DNA from: Ramazzottius varieornatus
Taxonomy: Eukaryota > Animalia > Tardigrada
Assembly: GCA_001949185.1 (NCBI GenBank)
Contig: BDGG01000003.1
Coordinates: 3,951,158-4,015,157 of the forward strand
Reading direction: 5' to 3'
DNA length: 64,000 nt
A program made the translations under genes and the position numbers. Shown in pieces: positions 51,002-61,512 of the stretch. The number at the start of each line of letters is the position of its first letter. The stretch's first letter is position 1. The notes beneath the pieces are model-generated. The model was given only the letters and a program-made list of their open reading frames with translations, was not told where the DNA came from and made no database searches.

Positions 51002-52078
51002 TTATGAGTCATGACAGTCGCTGTTGAAGAATACCTGGAAAGAGAGATATCGAATCAGCTCCCTCTTTCACGAACCTGACTGACAGTGAAGCAAGAACCC
51101 ACTGTAAGAGGAATGGTGTTGCTGGTTACCCCGTCCCTGTCCGTTGCGGAAACGGAGTATACTCGAACTTCCGGTGTGGGCCACGTTGCGTTTGAAAAGA
51201 GCAGCCTTGAGTCGTTGCGGCAGTCCACCGAAAACGGTTTGACCCGAATGGAGGCATCGACGCTATCCATCTCTAGGAAGAGCGCATCGACTGGATCCCC
51301 TTCTTTTCCGCTTAAGGTTGTGAAGGTCTTCTCCACAGTCCAACTGAAGGGCGTGGCTCCCATAATTCTCTATTGATGAAAGCGGAGAAATCGCAATACA
51401 TGACAACAGATGAACAGAAGACCTTACGTTGATCGTTCCAATAGAGGAGCATGCCTGAGTGCGACAGCTGACTTCAATCACGGGCGCCGGAGAGAAGATC
51501 TTAAAGCCTGTACCACGCCCGGGAAATCCATTGTTTACCGTCTCACACCGATGTCCCTTCCGCATCGTCACAGCTTGGTTGCAGCCACACGTGGGGAATG
51601 TAGCGCCAAAGTTGGAGCAGACCGACCCAGGTGGTGCACACGGCAGTCCGATGCCGTCGCAAGGGCAATCCAGTCCCGATGTCGACTGCTTCACTCGGCT
51701 ACAGTGGACATTCTTGCCGGGCAGCAGCGCGGTCTGTCGTTCGGAGAATCTGGGCATTGGTGGACCGCGGATTGTCCGGGATAGAAGCGCAGTGTTGAAC
51801 GTGGGGCATGCCGGAAGTTCTCTCCGGGTATCTTGCGGAGGCTGGGCGGTTATAGCAGAAACGGACGCTCTCTCATCGGTAACTTCTGTTTCTGCTGTCG
51901 AGCTCTTCATTGTCGTGGTCGAGGTGCTGGTGGGTTCTGTTGTGGTTGCGATGATCGTTGTGGTTTTTATCAAAAGTGGCCGAAATTTGATATGCCGGTC
52001 GATCGCTCCATTCGTCAATGAGAGGAACTGGACAATCCATAAGAGTACTGCTACGACAGTATTGAGTGCTGGAACCAT
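51002..52078 (-). CDS. Secreted protein with a Thr-rich stalk, a Cys-rich (EB/EGF-like) module and a cadherin-like beta domain
   Basis: Signal peptide MVPALNTVVAVLLWIVQFLSLTNG; CPCDGIGLPCAPPGSVC..CGC..C; YSVSATDRDG motif. Confidence 0.7.
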
Positions 52079-53119
52079 GGTAGAGACCGAAACAGTGGCA
52101 GTCGTATACGGAGAAAGATCTCGAGCTCTACAGTATGTCGAGGACATGAAAGGACTGATTTGGTAAAGCCGCTTCGTTGGTTTCCTATTAAACGAAACGT
52201 AATCAAGTTCGTCGTTGGTCCATGCTGACCGACAATTAATTGTCTCGCTTTGAAGCCTGATCGTCATGCTTTCTTCATGCTCGAAGAAGGACGAAAGACT
52301 CAGTTAACCTTACCAAAGCAGTAGGATCAAGTCCGATGACCAATGGTTTGGCCGCGCTAGTATCGCGATAAGGGGACGGCTTGCTTAAAATGGTCCGAAG
52401 AACCGTGGCTGGCTCGTTCTATGGTACAAATGTCCCAATCAAATGTCCTACAGTATCCTGCGCGCTCTCACAGCTCGCTATAACAGTCCACGCTTAATAG
52501 TATCGATGCTAAAATTGTTGATTGATCGACAATAAATGGGTTCTCCGCCATTCAAATTTTTACTTTTCCCTTTTCAGCATCTTACTAAGTTGGTTACTAC
52601 CTTTCCTCCCGGATCTCCACAGCTTCCCGATTTTGTACGGTTCCCAATTGCACTCTGCAAAAGCCTTTTTGAGCTCCGAGTCTTGCCGTATACACCGTGT
52701 TTTCCGCAGGATGAAGAATTTCGTCTGGGGATAGCAAGGAAAGGCTCGGAAGCTGCGGATGCGTGGCGAGTATCTGTTCAAGGATTTACCCGTCCCGACT
52801 CGGCTGACATCGTCTTCAGGGTTGCCAACGAGGATAGACCGACGGAAAGCATATCTGCAAACAAGATTACAACATTGCCTCAAGTAAACAAGGTTCCCTC
52901 TCGAGGACAATTATTTGGAACAAAAAGAGAACAAGCCGGAGGTATATTACTATGTGCGACCAAATGTAATGGAACTCAATATCCGCTCACATAAAAACAA
53001 CCGTGTCGTTCGACCTCATACACTCCCGGTCTGAAACTGTCGTTGGCAAACACGGCTACAACTTTGAACACACTTAGTGTCAAGATTTGCAATTGGAGGA
53101 AGATGAAGACAGGAGCAAG

Positions 53120-56100
53120 TTAGAAATCATCAAGAGTCATAGATTCCATTCCAAAGCCACCAGAACCTTGCGTGGCATTGCTGGGTGGAAGAAACTGCCC
53201 GACATAACTAGGCTCCCGATCAGACTCGGAAGCAAGAGACATGTTCATTGACGTATCTTGCGCAGAACCCGCCGTCACCGGCGTCGACTTGAACAAGCCC
53301 AACGCTGACTTCTTGGTCAGACTCCTCTTGACTGAGAGACGCGTTTCCGGACCTTTGACTAACCGCGTAGATTTCTTCATTACGTTGAGATCAATGGGCG
53401 CTAGTGCGGAGGAGAGACCTTCATCCGCGTAGAGCTTAACCGTTTCTGTGAGGATTTTCTTGATGAAGTCGTCGTTCTTGTTCAACGCTAAGGCACGCTG
53501 GAGAATGTCCACCGCGCTGCCGAGCTTACCCAGCATAAGGTAAGCCAACCCCATCAGCTTCATCACAGAGGTGTTTCTGGAGTTGAGGTAGAAGGCATGA
53601 GTGGCGTACTGCAGACACTCTTTACCATCCCTAAAACCAAGGAAAACTTTCTCACATACCAAAAAGAACTTCAAACTTCCTTTGGTAGCTCGGCAAACAC
53701 AACTCGACAAGGCTGTTTTCCAAGTGGCGCATATTTATGATGTTATTAGCTGAAGACGTGCGCCACTTGGGAAAGCGATCTTGTCCAGTTTAACTGTTTT
53801 CCCAAGTGACGCACGGTCTTGATGCTACTGACTGGCAGCGTGAGCAACTTGGAAAAACGATCTGGTCGACTTTGGCTGCCGAGCTGTCGTTTCTCCAGAT
53901 ACGATCGAGAGGTTCTCCGAAAAACTCCTTACAAACCTTAGCTTCATGTAAGCGGCAGCCAGCGACTCTAGTATGCTCTCCACTAAGGTGTCAACCACGC
54001 GTTGTTCAGCGGTATCCGCTCTCACCAAGTCGAAAGCCTTCTTGAAGTTCGTTATGGCCGTCAGTAACTCCTTACGACCATGATCTTCAGCGGTGTTGTC
54101 CTTGAGCGAACTAAAAGTTACACAGAAACACTCAGACACCTTTCCAAATAACCAGTACGCAGATACCAAAATGCCTGACAGACCGGAAGTCGCCAAAGTT
54201 ACTCCTATACGAGTGCTCTGACGTTGGCTATGCATATTTTCAACTCACTCTGCTTTCTTCATTTGCAAAACTCCGATCTCGTGTAAAACAACCGGATCTG
54301 CAGGAGCCAGAACGCGAGCTTCTTCGTAGAACTTTTCCGCCAAAACAAAGTTGTTTGTCCTAACGTACTCCCGCGCAATGTAAATGTACGGAAACGACGA
54401 CCTGTAAAAAGTCTGGTTGGCTTCTTTCCCTGATCGAGTGACGCACCCTCCCTAAGCGGAAGTTAATTTACCCTTTCATGATGTCGACGGCGTGAAAATA
54501 AGCCGCTAAAGCTTGTTCATGTTCTCGTTCCCGCGAGAAGGAATGTCCATAGAGCAGCCACACGAACCCACAGCTCTTGTCAAAGCTAACGGCCTTGGCC
54601 AAGTACCGCCTGGTCATTTCTGGACTTCCACAGATGTAATAGTAGGCAGCTGTAGCGTACCAGGTGTAGAAGCTTTGTGGGTAGAGAGTGGCAAGACGAT
54701 GGGACAGGTCGAAGAGAACCGCACTTTCGTTCAAATGGACCAGCGCGGCGATGTGAACTGGCAAACTGCTCCTGTGATATGGCTTCTGCTTCATGATCTT
54801 GGACGTCAGTGCCAGGCAAGAAGCGTAGTCCCTTCTACTCAACCTTGAAAAGACATACGTAAGTAAGAAAAGACCAGAAACAGTGAAAGCGCAGGCTGGC
54901 AAGCGGATACGTCACAGCTACATGCACCTGCACACGACGAACCACGCTAAATTCAAAACGTTATGTATGCAGGTACCCGAACTGTCTGAATACCGAGCGA
55001 AAACATAGGCGAAGATCGGGAAACTGTTTTAATTTCTTCATTTGAACAACAAAACTAACCAATAAAAACTTACAGGAATTCAGCCCTGGTTAACAGGAAG
55101 TCGGGGTTGGTGGAGAACCGAGACGAACTCCACTTCCGCCACTCGAGCTTGTCTTCGCCAGACAGGTCGTAATCAGGTTCAAGCTTGCACAGGTACAACG
55201 CTTCCGCCAGGGATGGCTCGTCAGGCAGAGTCCTTGTTCTGGGAGCAACTTCTTCGACGAGATGGAGTCGTTGTTCTTTGGTTAGGGCTTGCCGTGTTGA
55301 CAGGTAGTCCAGGGCGTCGTAGGAGAACGGATCCGCTTCTAGGGCGTTTAAGTAAGAAGTCAGTGCCAGTTGCCTGTTATCTAGTCTGTCGTAGATCTTT
55401 CCGCGTAGCAGGTGGATGGCAGACAGATACTAGAAAATAAACGCTGCTTATCTTTGTCAGAAGTCAGAACCTCGTAAAACGAACTCAACAACATCGTTCT
55501 TCTCAGAAGCGCACGATTTTAGCCAAAACACCGAGGGTGTGCGCCGCTTGAGAAACAACCCAAAGCACTGTCCAGAGAGACAATATTCAAAAGAAGGACT
55601 CACGGTTTCTTCGCTTGGGATTTCGTCTTGAGAGAGATCAACGTTCGACATCTGGATGTCAGTGGCGTCGTGTATGTCGGTCTCGGTGAGATGACTTTCG
55701 CTGGCTGCTGCCTTCCGGCTAAGTGATCTGTTCTTCGTGGTATCGTTCAGGACTTTCAGAGCTTCTTCGACATCACCAGTTGAAAACTGCAATGGGCAAC
55801 GAGATCTATAAAACTCGTCTAACTGTCCGGAGCTTATATCTGTTGTAACTCGGAAGTGGAACAGAGGTAGCTTACCAGACATCTACCAAGCAAATATCGG
55901 AATTCCAATGCATCCTAAAAAATTGATAACGGCACTGGTAACAGTCTGGTCATTTGTGATATGATTACTGTTGAGCTTACCTTGTGGAGCCCTCTATACT
56001 CGATGATCGTTCGACAGGCGATATACTGTCCGTCCAGAAATAAATATTCGCACATGTCAAAGACATCCGACAGGTTTTCTACAGAATATGGCGAACACAC

Positions 56101-56408
56101 CGATAAGCGATCCATCGGTACGAATTAAAGAACAAGCCATCTAAGAGAACTTACGGTAATTGGTGAGAGCGGCGATCTTGTCCATCCAGAACTCTGCAGC
56201 TGCATATCGACCCTACAAACATCCAGCGAGAATTCAGTCATACTCAACTGAGCAACTAAAGGACGACAACAAAGGCAGGAAACGCAGTGAGTGTCCATAC
56301 CGTTCGAGCAAAACATTTGATCCTTTCACGCATCTTTTGTATGGCGTCAGGATCAGGATGGTCCCATCGGTAGCCCGTGGAAAACGAAGTTGAGAGAGCG
56401 TTGTTCAT
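53120..56408 (-). CDS. CDC16: Anaphase-promoting complex subunit 6 (TPR protein)
   Basis: GRYAAAEFWMDKIAAL, LPVHIAALV, LFDLSHRLATLYP..WYA, RRYLAKA, WLLYGHSF..EHEQALAAY, LAPADPVVLHEIGV. Confidence 0.93.
53686..53886. repeat. Double hairpin element, CDC16 intron
   Basis: AGCTCGGCA..two core pairs..TGCCGAGCT. Confidence 0.85.
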
Positions 56409-56620
56409 CCTAGCGGTTTATCTTGCTGCAATTCAAGTTTCCAGCGCCTTTCGCGCCAAGATAGCGCAGTGACGGCTCTCGTCGCTTCAGCCGTCTTCCG
56501 TCTCACGTCGATTGTTCCCGTGACTGCTTGTTATCCCGCTTTCCGAATCTCGTAGTCTGGGACGTAGACGTCGAAGAGCAAAGAGTAGGAATTTGGAAGT
56601 GACAGCCTGACAAGAAACAA
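56409..56620. promoter_or_regulatory. Probable bidirectional promoter (CDC16 / hnRNP)
   Basis: Head-to-head genes; probable non-coding hnRNP first exon ending at a donor near 56621. Confidence 0.4.
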
Positions 56621-57067
56621 GGTATCGCTAGGAATGGATTCAACTGGATTGCTGGTTGAGACCCGATCAACAATCAACCGTCAGGAGAAAGAAAAGCGAA
56701 GCGGCTGCTAAATATTACATTCGGAAGGTATCGCCTGCCGCTTCGCATCGCTACGCTTGGACGGGGGATCGGAAAACTTTTTTCATGCGAGATTAGCGGA
56801 TAATTCCAACCCACCCTTCACATTCACAGTTTGTGACTTGTCGGTCCATCGTCGTTTCACAGGAGTATAAAGGGTGGTTCAGTGACATCACCTGGTAGCC
56901 TAGGTGAACATTGCGATAAATGGGGTAGCACGTGGAAACGGAATCTAGTTCGGCCATTTTGTCACTGCTCCATTTTCGAACTAGAGTACCAGATCCCTCT
57001 AAAAAATACCTTGAAATTGAATCCCTGATCACTCTTCTCCGTCGAGAGGGCTCCACACGGACTCATC

Positions 57068-60000
57068 ATGAACGGCAAAGACTCCGAGCCTGGAAAGATC
57101 TTCATCGGTGGCCTCAACTACGTTACCACAGACGGTAAGGAATGATCGACCTTTTGATCTCCAGAAATTTCCTTACGGCCTTGTTTGCATCTTATTCGTT
57201 CTGTTATACTTGCAGAGACACTGACCGCATACTTTGCTCAGTATGGAGAGATCAAGGATAGTGTCGTCATGAAAGAGAAAGATGGAAAACCGCGAGGATT
57301 CGGTTTCGTTACATATGGAGACACATCCTCTGCCGAGACTGTGCTGAATGCTCCACCCGGATCTCACGTCATCGATGGCAAAGCGGTGAGTGATCCCTTT
57401 CATCTTCCGTTTCTGCTCGATGGTACAATCTAGGTGGTTATAGGTTGATGTTAAACGCTGCGTTGGACGAGATTCTGCTCCGCCAGCAACAGGAGGAAGA
57501 GGTGGTCGTGGGGTAGGTAGCGCTTGGTTGCGTAATCCGTAAAATTTCGAATCATATCATATGATATCGGATCCGCTGAAAAGCATTGGATGTTGTTCAT
57601 TTTTGTATGTTAGCAGGGTGGCGATAGTGGCTTTGGCGGTCGCGGAGGAGGCCGTGGTCGTGGCGCACCCAGAGGATCTTTCGGAGGAGATCGTGGTGGT
57701 GGTGGCGGCTACCGTGGAGGCTTTGGTGGTGGTGCTGGTGGCGGTACCAGCAGTAGCAGTCGTCCTGCGCTGGTTAGCAATCAGTTCAAGATCTTCGTCG
57801 GAGGCATTCCTACCGGATGTAACGAATACGACCTTCGAAACGCATTTCAGATGTACGGTCAGGTATGTATTGAAACTTTGCTTGCTGTTCCGTTTCTCTT
57901 GCGTCGCTAACGTTCGTGCTCCTTTGTAGATCAGAGACGCTGTTGTGATGATGGATCAGGCTACAGGTCGTTCAAAAGGTACGTCGAGAATAATATAAAC
58001 AATTCATTGGTTAAAAGACAGCTTGGTTGGTCCGATGGCTGGAGGGGAATCAGGATTTCGTAGGCAAATTGAACTTCATTGTGAGGGAGAACGGGTGACA
58101 AGGTTCGTTTCAATCGTTTGAAGATCTACGGACTTCCTTGTTCTACTTCCTCTCCACTAATATCTCAGTATTCATGTCTGAGTACAGGCATATAGGCAGC
58201 TTCAGAGTGTTAGGCGTCAGATACAAAGGCCGCGGGGAGTACCACCACATTAAGCGGGCACTCATCCCATCTGATTTTCTTAGGGTGGTAATCCTACTTC
58301 TCTGCTTACAGCTCTACTTGCGTGTGGTAACCTTTCATGTCCTCAAAATTTTGTCTTTCTATACTTTTCCGTCAATGAGTTCTGGGCCTCTTGAGCAACA
58401 ATGGTTCGGTACAGTACGAACCCAGAGTCCGGTCAGTCATCGGAGCCAGTCCGGACCGCGGTCGCGTTGTCCCTTTCAGCCATTCGGACCTTAACTCGAC
58501 TGTTGTAACTTAACAATGTTGTTCAAGTATGAAGTTTAGCTAGCATCAAAGCCGCAGTCTACGACTGTTAGTAATCCTGCTGGTACAACGTACTCCTGAC
58601 CTGAATGGTCTTCTACGGCTGCTAGCCATGAATACGGCAAAGTTGTTGCTTGTCACTGGCGTGGATGCAATAGCTATGAACCTGAATGAGCAACGCCCAA
58701 CCCGTTTCACCAAGACTTGAATGTCTTGGTGACCCACGAAAAGCATAGCGATGAAAGTATGGAATCATCTTACCCGATAGTGACCTGTACCATTATGTTG
58801 GAATAGGATTTGGATTTGTAACATTCGATTCTGACGAAGCCGTTGAACGAGCAACAAATGAACAGTACATGAGCATTCAGAACAAGAAGGTTTGTAATGC
58901 ATGTTGCCCGTAAATTATTAGGTTATAATTTGTAAATTGATGGCAAAATTATTCAAGTTAATTATGCTCGATTACGTTACTTGAAGCTCCTAACTGTTAA
59001 CAATAATTTAAAAGTAACAAGGTATCGCGGAGTAATGATGAGAACAACTGGGACAAAAAACAGCTCAGAAACGAGAAACTATTCGCTAGATTTACGAGCT
59101 GTCAAAAATTCGTTCCTCTAAAAGATCGGGTTTTTCTGGTTGACAACCTCACAGCTGTCTAGTGGATTCTTAGCGAATACTACTTAGAGTTTGATATCGA
59201 ACTGAATTGTGCATGCGTAAAAAAGTAGTTTTTGATATGGTAGTTGACTTCTAAAAACGAAACACTGGTTAGACGAAAGTGTAGTGCTATACCCGTCATG
59301 TTCTCTTTCAGTCGATCTAACATTTTGTTTGTATAGGTTGAAGTGAAGCGGGCAACTGGTGGACCTGGAGGTGGTGGAGACTCGGGTCGTGGAGGATTCT
59401 CTGGCGGTCGAGGCGGAAGCCGCGGAGGACGGGGTGGTGGCCGTGGAGGCTATTCGAATGGCGGATCGTCCTACGGCGGAAGTTCATACGGAGGCCAGCA
59501 GAGCTACGGAGGTTACGGAAGTCAGCAGAACGGCGGTGGGCAGTCCTACGGTACGTTCGGTCTAGCTTCTAGTTTGAAAATTTTCGTTCATAACCCACCT
59601 CTTTTTTACAGGTCAGTACGACCAGCAACAGCAGTGGAGTCAACCTCAACAGCCTCAGTGGTCAAGCCAGCCTCAGCAGTCGTATGGCGCCACTGCCGAC
59701 CCTTATGGATCTCAATACGGAACTTCCGGTAAGCTTCATGGAGTTTCTCTACCGGTTGCTTGCCTGGGAAGTAACTGCCTCGGTGTTACTTGTGAGATTC
59801 CTGATGGTCTTACGAGCGTCAAAGTAGGCAGAAATTACCGGGGTTTTGGTTGAGTGCAGGGTACTTCACGCGCTGCGTTTATTTCTTAAGCTCCTACATT
59901 TGCAAAAATTTTTTTCACATTGGTGTTGAGAAATGACCTGAGCTCGGTAATTTTCTTGAGGTATCCTCCGTTCCGATCAGTTTAGCTTTTGCTTCTTAGG

Positions 60001-60768
60001 CTATGGAAGTTACGACGCCGCTGTACAGCAGTACAATTATCCCTACCCCGATGCCGCGTCGTCCTCAGCGACCACGGCAGCGGCAGGCGCAACGGGATAC
60101 TCTGGATACCCCACCGGCGCCACCCAAGTAAGTTCCACGAGAAGGTTGATGCCAGTTTTTCGAGATTAAAATCACGAAAGACCAGCGAAACGATCAATCT
60201 CAAGAACTTGCTCACACATGCCGCACCTGGACTGTATGGCCTAGTGTATGCAGGTTCGCGGTATTGCTCTTTCTCTCGTTCCGTGAAGCCTTCCAGTTGG
60301 GAATCGATCAGTAACGTGCCGACGTGAACGTTTGAATAGGCTGCCCCACCATCTGCTTACGGTGCGACAACGACTTCGGGCTATCCCAGCGCCGCAGCCC
60401 CAACAGCACAACCCGGTGCTGCCGCTCAGACGTACGGCGCAAGTGCCTATAGCAGCCAAGCTAGCACCAATGGCGCAACGTCCTCCTATCCCGGAGCAGC
60501 ACAGCACTACAGCGCGACGGCTTCCTACTCGGCGCCGGATGTAGGTGGCGGCTACGGTAAGACTACCCTTGCCAGTAGTAATGGTGCGCGCGGTGGCGGT
60601 GCCGCGGGTGGCGCCATCAGAGGCGGACGTGGTGGCGGAGACGCAGGTGAGATTCTTCACGGTGCGCGCCATCCTTTGTTGAACGGCACTAAGTTAGCTT
60701 TTTGTGTCTTTGCAGGTGCACAAAGAGGGAGAGGAGCTGCACAATCTTACCATCCTTACCGCCGATAG
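57068..60768 (+). CDS. hnRNP A/B-family two-RRM protein, DAZAP1/Hrp48-like
   Basis: KIFIGGL..RGFGFVTY and KIFVGGI..RSK|GFGFVTF; RGG/GYQ low-complexity tail; C-terminal YHPYRR PY-NLS. Confidence 0.9.
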
Positions 60769-61188
60769 ACGAAAGAAACTTCCTTGTGAAAAGCTTCTTG
60801 CTAGTTTATTGCCTGTATGTACTGTTGTGTGCGGGTTTTGTTACAAGCCAGTTGACACGTCTAGTCTTGCTTTGAAGGCGTAGCGAAGCTGCTTTTCGCC
60901 GTTGCCGTGCAAACCTGGCGTTAACCTGTACTCGTTTCTAAACTATTGCCAGTGTTCTTGGGAAGTTGGTTGGTTGGACTTTGACCTTTTTCGGTTGTTT
61001 TTTTACGCTTCTCTTCTAGTTTGCCAACTTTAGTGGTCCTTGTAGTTTACTCTCGCTAATCGACATGATTGTTTTGTTTTCCGAATATTGTTGTACAGAA
61101 TGAGACAAGAAGCTTGCAGAATAAACTGCGCACATTGTCTTGAGAAGAACTTGGCCAGAAGTTCGGTGAGATTTCGTTATAAAGATGC

Positions 61189-61345
61189 GAGCTCGGTAAA
61201 CAGACACAGCGAGACTGCTTGCCCAAGTGGCGCATGTCTTGCGCAATTGACACTGTCAACGTGCGCCACTTGGGCAAACGGTTTCTCGCAAGTGGCACAC
61301 GTTAACAGTATTGTCAGCCAGGAACGTGCGCCACTTGGAACAACC
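61189..61345. repeat. Double hairpin element between convergent 3' ends (hnRNP / XK-related)
   Basis: TTGCCCAAGTGGCGCA..TGCGCCACTTGGGCAA, then CAAGTGGCACACGTT..AACGTGCGCCACTTG. Confidence 0.85.
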
Positions 61346-61512
61346 TATGTTGTTTGCTTAGCCATATGTACACTGAGAGGGAACCTAATCCCAGATTAGC
61401 GTTTCCCGTTTGGTTTGCTTTTCTGGTGACGGCAGTGGCAAGTAGATTGTTTCTGATACTGTTTGTGTGGTGAACGACTGCGATTCGAAGGACTCGGAAC
61501 GGGTTTTTGTCG

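Noticed and set aside
52522-52994. Overlapping 116-152-aa ORFs
   Set aside because: No recognisable motif or splice structure; cannot be supported as a gene
59033-59206. Possible intronic C/D snoRNA (ATGATGA...CTGA)
   Set aside because: Spacing is long, and no terminal stem or guide sequence could be identified by eye
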